Shown: positions 27,970 through 38,259 of the stretch, one piece after another | Position numbering within the stretch: position 1 is the stretch's first letter | How the letters are laid out: each line of letters begins with the position of its first letter | Source of the DNA: Candidatus Eremiobacteria bacterium | Lineage (GTDB): Bacteria > Vulcanimicrobiota > Vulcanimicrobiia > Vulcanimicrobiales > Vulcanimicrobiaceae | NCBI GenBank assembly: GCA_963758295.1 | Contig: CAVWUU010000006.1 | Location: 97,779-161,778 of the forward strand | DNA length: 64,000 nt | Reading direction: 5' to 3' | Position numbers and translations under genes: made by a program | The notes under the pieces: generated by a model | What the model saw: only the letters and a program-made list of their open reading frames with translations | What the model was told of the DNA's origin: nothing | Database searches by the model: none

Positions 27970-30900
27970 ATGATCCGGACAACGTTCCGGCGTGCCGCTC
28001 TCGCGACAATCGTTCTCGTCTCAATGCTTTGCCAGGGAACATGGGCACTGGCAGGCACGACGGGCGGTCTTGCGGGCGTGGTCGTCGACGCTCAGTCTAA
28101 TGCGCCGATCGCCGGCGCTACAGTGACGGCAAATAGCCCGTCACAAACGGCTAGTACCAGAACGGATGCATCCGGCCGTTTCACTTTCGTATCTCTTGCT
28201 CCCGACGCGTATACCGTGGCCGTGGAGCATGCAGGATACGAACCGGTGAGTTCGCCGGGTAATGCCGTCTTCGCGGATACGACCCAAACGGTCACGATCC
28301 GCATGGCGACACAACTCAAGACCATTGCCACCGTGCGTACGCAGGGCACAGGTTCGCTCGTGCGTTCCGGTACGACGGCCGACGTTTACGCCATCAACGC
28401 TGCAACGCAGCAGGCGGTCTCGGCGGTCGGCGGCGGCGGCGGCTTGAACAGCGCCTACTCCGCAATCGCCACCGTTCCCGGCGCATATGTTGCCGGTAAC
28501 CAAGGCGGTTACTATCAAACCGTCCACATTCGCGGCGGCGACTTCGACCAAGTCGGCTACGAATTTGACGGCGTTCCGATCAACCGTTCGTTCGACAATT
28601 ATCCGTCGGGCGCGGCTTCGTCGCTCGGACAGCAAGAAGTCCAAGTCTACACGGGCGCGGCTCCCTCGAATTCCGAGAGCCAAGGCCTCGCGGGCTTCAT
28701 CAACCAGGTCATTAAGACCGGTACGTCGCCGGGCTACGGCGACGGACAAGTCGGCGTCGGTGCGCCGGTGTTCTACCATCACCTGATGGCCGAAGCGGGC
28801 GGCGCAACGCCGAACCGTTTGTTCTCATACTACGTCGGCCTGGGCGGTTATAACCAAGACTCGCGTTACGTAGATTCGACCAACGGATCGACGTATCGCG
28901 ATTGGCTCGGCGTTCCGATCGCGCTCAACGGCGACGGAAGCTGGCAGCTCGCAGGCGCGGAGTACGGCTTGCCCGCGACCATCTCGGTTCGCGACACGGT
29001 CGTCAACCTGCACTTCGGCATCCCCCATCATAAAGATGGCGGACGCGACGACATCCAGCTCCTCTACGATGGAGAGTCCATCAACAACGGCTTCTTCGAA
29101 AGCCAGCAGGATGCGACCGGTACCGATTACACCACCGGCTTCGGCCAGGCGTACTGGCTCGACGGTTACAACTGGAACTGCGGAAGCGGTCAACTCTACA
29201 CGACTGATGCGGCAGCTCAAGCTCGGCATCGTGTTTGAGCGCGTACCTCTATCCGAATGGTCCGCAAAACCGTCTCGCAAACGTTCCCGGAACCGCAACG
29301 TCTTGCCCCGGCGGCGATCAGTCAACCTGTGCGCCGTTTCTTCCGCAGAACCAGCGCGATACGTCGTGGAACGATCAGCAGATCGTCAAGCTGCAGTACC
29401 AGAAGAACTTCGGCTCTTCGGCATACCTGCGTCTGTACGGCTATACGTACTACAGCGACTGGCTCATGAACGGACCGGTCTCGACGTACGATAACGTTAC
29501 CACCCCGGGAACCGGCTACGGTTTGACCGCGCCGGACTACGAACTCACCGGCCATACGCGCGGTGTTTCGGCGAACTTCTCGGATCAGATCAATCAGCAG
29601 AACCTGATCTCGCTCCAAGGCTCGTACACCACGTCGACGTCGACGCGCGACAACAACACGCAGATGTTCAACGGCCTCTTGTCCAGCTACGTGCAGTTGA
29701 TCGCCGTGAACGCAGCGGATCCGTATAGCGGCTACTGTTACGGTGCCGCCGGCGGCGCAGCCCGTTTCGTGCGCGCCCGGACACGGCCACCCGGCCGATC
29801 AGGTGTCGCTCGCGGCACTCGGCGGCGGCGCCGTGCCGACGCTTCCCACGGGGATGCGTCGATCCCAACGTCGCGAGCACGCAGTGCGCGTTTCTCTCGG
29901 CTGAAAACGGCCTGCGCGCGACGTACAACGTCGTGAAGCCGGAATTCACGGCGTACTCGTTGACGGATCAATTCCGCCCGAACGACAAATTGCTGTTGAA
30001 CTTCGGCGTGCGCTGGGACAACTACAAGTTCACGGGTACCAACCTGGATGGCGGACCGGCTCGCCAGTTCTGGTACAACGCGTACAACTTGTCAACGTGC
30101 ATAGGGCCCGACCGGAGCACCGGTCGATATCACGTCGGTCGGCTCGACCGGCATTGCGCCGGGCACGTGCGCTGCAAACGGCCTCACGCAAGCCCATCTG
30201 ACGAACGACGTCGGAAACCCCATCGAACAGTTCATGGTGTTCCAACCGCGTTTGGCAGCAACGTACACGCTGAATCCCGACACGGTCCTCCGTGGCTCGA
30301 TCGGGAAGTACGCGCAGCCGCCGAACTCGGCGTTCGAACAGTACGGCATGTTGCAATTGAACGAGCCGTACGGACTCCTCGGCCCGAACTTCTTGCAGTA
30401 CGGCCGCACCTCGCCGAGCTCGTCGGTCAATCCGCCGACCTCGACGAACGTCGACCTCTCGCTCGAGAAGCACATCCACGGCACGGACATGTCATTCAAG
30501 CTCACGCCGTTCTTGCGTCACACGCAAGATCAGATTCAGAACTTCTATTTGAATCAGGCGACCGGATTCATCTCCGGTTTAAACGTCGGTTCGCAAAGCA
30601 GCCGCGGCCTCGAGTTCCAATTCCAAAAGGGCGATTTCTCGCGTAACGGCCTTTCGGCGCTCCTGTCGTTTGCGTACACGTACTCGACGATCAAGTACGG
30701 CACGCTTTCGAACGGCACGACGATCATCTCGCCGCTTAACGCTTCGATCGCCAACTACAACGCGTACACGTCGGCTTGCGCACCGGGCGGTGCTCTTGCC
30801 GGGAAGTCGCAATACGGTCAGTCCCTTTGCGGTGCCACCGCAACGGGCGCTGCCGCTGCGCCGTGTTACACGACGGCCGGCGCTGCGGATGCCGCTTGCG

Positions 30901-31640
30901 GCCCGGGCAGCATCGGCAACCCGTACTGGAATGACTCCGCGGGTCACGCACTGATCGATCCGAACCAGCAGTTCCCGACCTACGACATCTTCCCGGCGGG
31001 AATCGGCTCCTCGGCATCGGCCTTTGGTGCTCCGTACACCTCGACGCTCGTGTTGAACTATAAGCACGACAAATGGGCGGTCACGCCGTCGCTGCAGTTC
31101 CAAGGCGGCACACGCTATGGTGCTCCGGAAACGACGCCGGGTATTAACCCCGACACGTGTACGGCGATCCTTGGCGCGGGTACCAACTCGAACTACTTCT
31201 ACGGCAACCCGGGACCGAACACGTACGATGCTACGACGTGCTCGGCCGGACTCGTCATCCCGAACCAATACACGAAGAACTTCGATAACCTCGGAGCCTT
31301 CGTGCAGCCGAACCAAATTATGCTCAACATGCAGGTCAGCTACGAAGCTTCACCGCGCGTTTCGCTCACCGCATCGTTCGCAAATTTGGCTAACCGTTGC
31401 TGGGGCGGAACGAAAGCTCCGTGGACGGTTACGGATCCGAACATTTGCAGCTACGGCGTAGTTGCGAACGGTCTGATTCCGCCGGCGGGCAACACGTTCA
31501 ACCCGGGATCGCCGACTGCCGCAGCGGCATTCGAGCGCTACCCGTATCAGGGGTCGCTCGGGCCGTTCGACATCAGCGGTCTGAACACGACCACGAAACA
31601 GCCCTTCAACATGTACTTCGAGGCGCGCATCAAGCTCTAA
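27970..31640 (+). CDS. TonB-dependent-receptor-like protein (copy 2), frameshifted at ~29.2, 29.8 and 30.1 kb
   Basis: Colinear with copy 1 over the full length when the frames are joined; GGAGG SD. Confidence 0.85.
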
Positions 31641-31673
31641 ATCGCAAAAGCGCTTTAGAACCTCGAATGCATA

Positions 31674-31712
31674 AGAAGAGCCTCCGCTCAAGCGCGGAGG
31701 CTCTTCTCTTTT
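31674..31712. terminator. Intrinsic, probably bidirectional, terminator
   Basis: AGAAGAGCCTCCGC-TCAAGC-GCGGAGGCTCTTCT then CTTTT, between convergent genes. Confidence 0.85.
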
Positions 31713-32360
31713 CTAGTGGGGCAGGCTCAGATACGGGTTCGAGCTGCGCTCGATGCCGATCGTGGTCGGCGGTCCGTGTCCCGGAATCACTCGCGTTGCG
31801 TCACCGTAATCCATGAGCTTGCGATGAATCGACGCGACGATGTCTTCCATCGACGTTCCACCGAGATCCCAGCGCCCGATGGAGCCCGCAAAAAGTGTGT
31901 CACCCGTCAATAACACCGGCGCCGCGTCGCGCTCGGCGATCGCAAAGCAAACGCTTCCCGGGGTGTGACCCGGCGTATGCAGCACGTCCACGTAGACGTC
32001 GCCGATACTGAAACGATCGCCGTCAGCCAGATCCCCGTCAAGCTCTACAATTTCCGGAATTTCGGTGAGCCCGATCCACTGTGCTTGAATTGCCAGCGCT
32101 TGATAGAGCGGAACGTCGTTTGGATGAAGCAGTCCCAATCCCCCCGCTTCATCGCGCAATCGTCCCAAATCGGCAATGTGATCGATGTGCGCGTGGGTGT
32201 GCACGAGATACTTGGCCGTGAGATTGTGCGCGCGGAGCCGTTCGGTCACGTCGTCCACGCCGTCGCCGCCGTCGACCACGATCGCCTCTCCCGTTCGTTC
32301 ATCGCCGAGAATGGTGCAATTGCATCCGAGCTGTCCGACGGGGAAGATTTCAAAAATCAT
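31713..32360 (-). CDS. MBL-fold metallo-hydrolase (glyoxalase II-like)
   Basis: THAHIDH, TPGHTPG, TGDTLF, PGHG. Confidence 0.93.
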   Translation of the reverse strand: MIFEIFPVGQLGCNCTILGDERTGEAIVVDGGDGVDDVTERLRAHNLTAKYLVHTHAHIDHIADLGRLRDEAGGLGLLHPNDVPLYQALAIQAQWIGLTEIPEIVELDGDLADGDRFSIGDVYVDVLHTPGHTPGSVCFAIAERDAAPVLLTGDTLFAGSIGRWDLGGTSMEDIVASIHRKLMDYGDATRVIPGHGPPTTIGIERSSNPYLSLPH

Positions 32361-32851
32361 TCGACGCGTATGCCAAAATCGTGAAAACTGCCGTTGAAGT
32401 ATCCGAGCGGTGAGCCCGTGCGCGCGGCGCAGTCTACCACGCGCCCGATGAAAATCGAATGGGAGCCCGCATGGTGTTCCTCGAGCACTTCGCAGTCGAA
32501 GTAAGCGATTGCGCCGTGAATCACGGGAGCTCCGGTTGCCCCGCGCTCGTGGCCGATGTCGTCGAATTGCCGCTCGTGGCGTTTTCCCGAAAAACGCTCG
32601 GCTAATTCGCGCTGATCGCCCGCGAGCACGTTCACGCAGAAAATTTTCGAGGTTGCTATGTACAAGTAGCTGCGCGCTTCGCGGTTCACGCAGACGAGCA
32701 ACGTCGGCGGGTCCGCCGAAACACTAGAAAAGGCGTTGATCGTGATTCCGCGCGGCTCGCCTTCTTTGACGCTCGTCACGACCGTTACCCCGGTCGGGAA
32801 GTGACGCATGACGCCTTTGTACGCGGTAGAATCCGCGGGCGGCCGGCTCAC
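32357..32851 (-). CDS. Flavin reductase family protein
   Basis: FPTGVTVVT, SVSADPP, F..NVL, AGSHSIFIG. Confidence 0.92.
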   Translation of the reverse strand: MSRPPADSTAYKGVMRHFPTGVTVVTSVKEGEPRGITINAFSSVSADPPTLLVCVNREARSYLYIATSKIFCVNVLAGDQRELAERFSGKRHERQFDDIGHERGATGAPVIHGAIAYFDCEVLEEHHAGSHSIFIGRVVDCAARTGSPLGYFNGSFHDFGIRVE

Positions 32852-33471
32852 TGAATTCTTACGCCGATTCCCGTGCCGTCACCGAGCGGAAGAATGGTGG
32901 CATCGAGATCGGGGTGAGTCAAAAAGTACTGGTTGAAGTCGCGCATGATCTCGACGTCTTTGTCGTTGGAGTGGCCGTCGGTGATGCGGCCATTCAAGAG
33001 ACAGTCGTCGACCACGACGATCCCGGAACGCTTTAACATGGGAATCGACAGATCGAGATATTGGCGGTAGTTCTCACGATCGGCGTCGATGAAAACGATG
33101 TCAAGGTTGCGCTGCGGGAAGTTCGGGAGCAGCTCGATTGCATCTTGGTTGAACACGGTAATGGACTCTTCTTCGCCGGCCCGGTTGAAGTAGGAGATCG
33201 CTACTTCGGTGCGTTCCTGATCCGGATCGATCGTCCATGTCTTACCGATCGGCGACTGTGCGCGCGCCATCCAAAGCGTTGAATACCCGTAAGCCGTACC
33301 AATTTCCAGAATGCGATTTGCCTGCATCATGTGCACGAGCACCGAGAGGAATCGCCCCGTTTCGCGGGAGACGATCGGTATGCCGTCGGCGCGTCCGTGC
33401 TGCTCTAACTCAAGCAACAGCGGATCGGGCGCCGGATGCGTCGATTCAAGGTAGCGTAAAAGGTCGGACAT
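32848..33471 (-). CDS. SAM-dependent O-methyltransferase
   Basis: LEIGTAYGYS, FIDAD, GDG. Confidence 0.92.
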   Translation of the reverse strand: MSDLLRYLESTHPAPDPLLLELEQHGRADGIPIVSRETGRFLSVLVHMMQANRILEIGTAYGYSTLWMARAQSPIGKTWTIDPDQERTEVAISYFNRAGEEESITVFNQDAIELLPNFPQRNLDIVFIDADRENYRQYLDLSIPMLKRSGIVVVDDCLLNGRITDGHSNDKDVEIMRDFNQYFLTHPDLDATILPLGDGTGIGVRIQ

Positions 33472-33530
33472 TCCAAGGCTCTTCGTTAGCGGGGAACCCT
33501 CGGCGACCTCCTCGAAGCCAAGCCGTCCCT

Positions 33531-34244
33531 ATGAGCCGCCGTCTGCGCCTCTTCCCATTGAACGCCGTTCTTTTCCCGGGCGCGGTCTTGAATCTCCATG
33601 TGTTCGAACCGCGCTACAAGCAGATGATCAACGAGTGTTTGGAGAGCGGCGAAGGCTTTGGTGTGGCGCTCATTGCCGACGGTGCCGAAGCGGGCGATCC
33701 GGATGTTATGCCACACGATATCGGCTCCATCGCGGAAATCGTCGACGTTCAGCCGTTGCCTTTCGGCCGGTACTTCATTTCGACCATCGGCCGCGAACGT
33801 TTTCGCATTCAAGAGATCGTCAGCCGAGATCCGTACCTCACAGTCGAAGCGGAGCTCATCGAAGAAGATTTCATCGAAGATCCGGAGATCGATCGACTCG
33901 TCGTAAATTTGCGCGTGCTTTTTGATGAGTATTTAGCGATGCTCGTCGAGTTTTCGGGTCAGGAAACCAGTGTGGAGCTACCCGGCGATGCGCAAGGGAC
34001 GTCGTATTTGATTGGAGACACGCTGCAAGTCGCGGAACCGGTGAAGCAGCAACTGCTCGAGCTGAACGACACGAAACAGCGATTACTTGCCGAGTATGAT
34101 TTTCTCGACAACTTGCTACCGCAATTGAGGCGGTTACTCGAGCGACGAAAAGAAGAACTGGAGAACCGGCAAGACGATGGTGAGGACAATACCTACCGCG
34201 TCGAACAACAGCGCTATTTTGGAAAGTTCTTCTCGTCAAATTAG
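33531..34244 (+). CDS. Lon protease N-terminal (substrate-binding) domain protein
   Basis: LFPLNAVLFPG..LHVFEPRY; G.ERFRI; no AAA or protease domain. Confidence 0.9.
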   Translation: MSRRLRLFPLNAVLFPGAVLNLHVFEPRYKQMINECLESGEGFGVALIADGAEAGDPDVMPHDIGSIAEIVDVQPLPFGRYFISTIGRERFRIQEIVSRDPYLTVEAELIEEDFIEDPEIDRLVVNLRVLFDEYLAMLVEFSGQETSVELPGDAQGTSYLIGDTLQVAEPVKQQLLELNDTKQRLLAEYDFLDNLLPQLRRLLERRKEELENRQDDGEDNTYRVEQQRYFGKFFSSN

Positions 34245-35645
34245 CGTGCCGTGCGTCGTCGAGACCGGCGATGCGTACATACATACACTCTCGTCATCCT
34301 GAGCTTGTCGAAGGACCGGCGCATATAAACCATTGCTTACATATTTTCATCACGGTAAGCACCATCGCGCTGGCGTATTTCAGTTGCCGACTCGGGTAGT
34401 GGAATGATTTATATGTAAGCGATACAAATATGCGCCCGTCCTTCGACAAGCTCAGGATGACGGAGAGTGCGTATACGCATTGATGACATGCGCCCGTCCT
34501 TCGACAAATTAGCGTGCCGTGCGTCGTCGAGGGCCGGCGATGCGTACACACGTACACCCTCGGTCATCCTGAGCTTGTCGAAGGACAGGCGCATATAAAC
34601 CATTGCTTACATATTTTCATCACGGTAAGCACCATCGCGCTGGCGTATTTAGTTGCCGACTCGGGTAGTGGAATGATTTAGATGTAAGCGATACAAATAT
34701 GCGCCCGTCCTTCGACAAGCTCAGGATGACGGAGAGTGCATATACGCATTGATGACATGCGCCCGTCCTTCGACAAATTAGCGTGCCGTGCGTCGGCCAG
34801 GACCGGCGATGCGTACATACGTACACCCTCGGTCATCCTGAGCTTGTCGAAGGACAGGCGCATATAAACCAACGCTTACATATCTTCATCACGGTAAGCG
34901 CCATCGCGCTGGCGTATTTCAGTTGCCGGCTCCGGTAGTAGAATGATTTAGATGTAAGCGATACAAATATGCGCCCGTCCTTCGACAAGCTCAGGATGAC
35001 CGAGGGTGCAGATACGCATTGATGACATGCGCCCGTCCTTCGACAAATTAGCGTGCCGTGCGCCGTCGAGGGCCGACGATGCGTACATAGGTACACCCCC
35101 GGTCATCCTGAGCTTGTCGAAGGACAGGCGCATATAAACCATTGCTTACATATTTTCATCACGGTAAGCACCATCGCGCTGGCGTATTTAGTTGCCGACT
35201 CGGGTAGTGGAATGATTTAGATGTAAGCGATACAAATATGCGCCCGTCCTTCGACAAGCTCAGGATGACCGAGGGGGGCAGATGCGCATTGATTCCATGC
35301 GGCCGTCCTTCGACAAATTAGCGTGCCGTGCGTCGGCCAGGACCGGCGATGCGTACATAGGTACACCCCCGGTCATCCTGAGCTTGTCGAAGGACAGGCG
35401 CATATAAACCATTGCTTACATATTTTCATCACGGTAAGCACCATCGCGCTGGCGTATTTCAGTTGCCGACTCGGGTAGTGGAATGATTTAGATGTAAGCG
35501 ATACAAATATGCGCCCGTCCTTCGACAAGCTCAGGATGACCGAGGGGGCAGATGCGCATTGATTCCATGCGGCCGCCCTTCGACAAGCTCAGGATGACCG
35601 AGGATGCAGATTCCATGCGGCCGTCCTTCGACAAGGTCAGGAGGC
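34237..35645. repeat. Tandem array of five 268-270-bp units, each a long imperfect hairpin bounded by inverted 24-bp REP-like elements
   Basis: Unit starts (CAAATTAGCGTGCC) at 34237, 34505, 34774, 35044 and 35314. GTCATCCTGAGCTTGTCGAAGGAC at 34293, 34563, 34832, 35102 and 35372; its reverse complement at 34438, 34707, 34977, 35246 and 35517; extra copies at ~35575 and ~35623. Confidence 0.97.
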
Positions 35646-35646
35646 G

Positions 35647-36510
35647 TCAGGAAGGTACGCCGGAGAGCCGCTCCGCGGACTTCACGACATTGCGTAACAA
35701 CGCGACATTCGTAACCGGCCCAACGCCTCCAGGCACCGGCGTAATCGCCGCTGCAACGTCGACCGCCGTCTCATAGTCAACGTCGCCTCGCAACACTCCA
35801 TCCACCACGGTTGTCCCGACGTCGATAACCGTCGCCCCAGGCGCAATATCCGCGCCGCCGATGAGTCCCGGCACGCCCGTAGCGACGACGACGATTTCGG
35901 CCATCCGCGTATACGGCTGCAAAGAATGCGACTCTTTATGGAGCACCGTTACCGTGGCATCTTGCGCCAACATCAGCATCGCAACCGGCGCGCCCACAAC
36001 GATGGAACGTCCAATCATGACCGCGTTACGCCCTCGCAAGGGCCAGTGCGGGCTTCGTTCCAGCAGCAACATCACGGCAGCGGGAGTGGCCGGCACGAAC
36101 TGGGTCCCGCTGCCGAATGCGAGATTGCCTTGATTGATAGGATGGGTGCCGTCGACGTCTTTGAAAACAGGAATTGCATCGGCAATTTCGCGGATGGAAA
36201 GATGCGCCGGAAGCGGTTGCTGCAACATCACCCCGTGAACCGTGGGATCATCCCGCAGCATTTCCAGCGCCTCGCGCACCTCTATGGCGGGCGCGGTATC
36301 GGGAAGGCGGTCGACGCGAACCTCTACGCCGACGCGCTCGCCAGTTTTGACGAGGTTTCGAACGTAGGCGATGCTCGATTCGTTCTCGCCTACGAAAACG
36401 ATGACGAGTTTGGGATGAATCCCGCGCTCGCGTAGCGCACTCGTTCTGGCGAGGAGTTCCGTTCGCAGATCGCCGGCAAGAGCTTTACCGTCGAGGATGT
36501 GGGCGGGCAC
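35647..36510 (-). CDS. folD: Methylenetetrahydrofolate dehydrogenase/cyclohydrolase
   Basis: ILDGK, KDVDG, PATP, GRSIVVG, ITPVPGGVGP. Confidence 0.95.
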   Translation of the reverse strand: MPAHILDGKALAGDLRTELLARTSALRERGIHPKLVIVFVGENESSIAYVRNLVKTGERVGVEVRVDRLPDTAPAIEVREALEMLRDDPTVHGVMLQQPLPAHLSIREIADAIPVFKDVDGTHPINQGNLAFGSGTQFVPATPAAVMLLLERSPHWPLRGRNAVMIGRSIVVGAPVAMLMLAQDATVTVLHKESHSLQPYTRMAEIVVVATGVPGLIGGADIAPGATVIDVGTTVVDGVLRGDVDYETAVDVAAAITPVPGGVGPVTNVALLRNVVKSAERLSGVPS

Positions 36511-36526
36511 GCGGTCGCGGTTTCGT

Positions 36527-36829
36527 TTGCCGGAGGAGCTGTACCTGGAACACGTGCGGCGCGAAGTGCGTCTTGGATCGAAGTTTGCGGCGGAAGCGTT
36601 CGAACGCGCTTTCGACCGTTTCGTTCAAACTTACAACGTCCCGCCCACCGTCGCCCGGTGCAGTCCGGACGTGCTGGAACGGTATTGCCGGCTCTTCGAA
36701 CACGCCGGCGATGCGGCCCGGTTACGCGAGGTGCGCTACCGCGGCATCCCGCTCTATGCGGCCGTGCTGCCGACCGGCACCATTGCGTTCGAGGGCGAGG
36801 TCGATGAAGATCGCATGGGTGATTGGTAG
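36527..36829 (+). CDS. Small hypothetical protein
   Basis: ORF ending GTIAFEGEVDEDRMGDW; start uncertain. Confidence 0.55.
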   Translation: MPEELYLEHVRREVRLGSKFAAEAFERAFDRFVQTYNVPPTVARCSPDVLERYCRLFEHAGDAARLREVRYRGIPLYAAVLPTGTIAFEGEVDEDRMGDW

Positions 36830-36852
36830 TTCCCCCGTATGATCGTTCCTGA

Positions 36853-37384
36853 ATGAATCGACGTATCGCCTGGCTCGTGGCCTTGGGCGCGCTCGCCGTG
36901 GTGGCGATCGCGTTAGCGCCCTTTTTCACTCGGCGTCGGGTGCGGGCGGCCCGGCCGGCCTGGCCGGACAGACGGCTGCGGTTTTTGCGCTGAAGGACGA
37001 CCGCGGCGCCGATGTCTCGCTGGAGCGCTACCGCGGAAAGATCGTCGTCATGAACCTCTGGGCTTCTTGGTGTCCGCCATGCCGCGCCGAGATGCCGGAT
37101 CTGCAGCGGCTTACGAAACTTCCTCGGCAGCCGCGGGGTCGTCGTCGTCGGCGTGAATCAAGGAGAGTCGGCCGAGCGCGCGCGTTCGTTCGCCGGTTCC
37201 CTTGGCATCTCGTTTCCGATTTGGATCGACGACAGACAGCGGTACGGACGCGTCTACGCGGCGCTCGGGTTGCCCACTACCGTTATTATCGCGCGTGACG
37301 GGCGTTGTGGTGCGCGGATTCGACGGCCCTCTGACGATCGATCAAATTCGCGCCGTCCTCGACCCGCTCGTTCGCGCCTCGTGA
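36853..37384 (+). CDS. TlpA/ResA-like membrane-anchored thiol-disulfide oxidoreductase, frameshifted
   Basis: N-terminal [22 protein letters not shown]. Confidence 0.88.
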
Positions 37385-38259
37385 CGGTTTTCGTTCAACT
37401 TTCCGCCGTGATCGTGGTCGCGGTGCTGGTTCAGATTGCTTTTCCCGGCCGTGATTTCTACCATTACGGTTGGTTCAACGTCGCGCTTTTGGCGCTGGTT
37501 GTCATCGCGATCGTGCAGGTGCGCGGCGCGCTTGCGAAGGCGCAAACGATTCGCCGCGCCGGCGTGCTGCTCGCAGCACTAGGCGTCGCCGTTGTGGGCA
37601 TTGCCGGCATTGCAAACGGATTGCTGGCTCCGGACACGCGCACCGTGGTCGGCGCACCCGGTGCGTCGGTTCGGGTTGACGAGCTCTCGCAGCCGCTGGA
37701 CTTCCCTCTCGTCGAGAGCGCCCAGCCCCGCACGCTGCACGCACGCTTCACGACCGGATTCTTGTTGCGTCCGGTACCGCGTAAGGTCGTCGAAATTGCG
37801 GCGTTTGACGCGCGCGGCGCGCACCTGACGATAACGCAACCCTCGGGCACGGCGTTTTTATCGCCGGTGCTTTTAATGCAGGCGCAACAAACGATTGCCG
37901 GTATGGCTTTGCCGTACGATTCTTTTGCCGTGCCCGCTGCGCGCCGGCTTGTTAAAACGGTGCTCTTCAGTCCGCAACAAGCGGCGCAACTCCACGGCGT
38001 GAGTGAAACGCCGGGTTCGGCGGTGCTCTTCGATGTGGAAGACGAGGCCGAAAAACCGATCCCGCACGGCATCGCGTTTGCGCGAGACGGAGAGACCGTC
38101 GCCGTTGCCGGATTGCGCCTGCAAGCGGTGGTTTTGAACTACCCTGCGATCGAAATCGTCGCAATCCCCAACGCGATCGTCGTAGGCCTTGGACTGTTGC
38201 TGATTGCGGCAGGTGCGCTGCTCGCGACGCGAGCGGCTAAAACTCCGTCGAACTCGTAA
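37381..38259 (+). CDS. Membrane protein (3 N-terminal TMs, soluble domain, C-terminal TM); ResB-like topology
   Basis: Hydropathy pattern and GTGA coupling to the TlpA gene; family assignment weak. Confidence 0.6.
   Translation: MTVFVQLSAVIVVAVLVQIAFPGRDFYHYGWFNVALLALVVIAIVQVRGALAKAQTIRRAGVLLAALGVAVVGIAGIANGLLAPDTRTVVGAPGASVRVDELSQPLDFPLVESAQPRTLHARFTTGFLLRPVPRKVVEIAAFDARGAHLTITQPSGTAFLSPVLLMQAQQTIAGMALPYDSFAVPAARRLVKTVLFSPQQAAQLHGVSETPGSAVLFDVEDEAEKPIPHGIAFARDGETVAVAGLRLQAVVLNYPAIEIVAIPNAIVVGLGLLLIAAGALLATRAAKTPSNS

Noticed and set aside
34294..35142. Repeated 64-87-aa ORFs (MVYMRLSFDKLRMT..., MYVCTHRR...) as a peptide or toxin array
   Set aside because: They are translations of the palindromic repeat, frames are broken by indels between units, and there is no RBS.
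34237..35645. CRISPR array
   Set aside because: The 24-bp repeats alternate in orientation, the intervening sequences are near-identical rather than unique spacers, the period is ~269 bp, and there are no cas genes.
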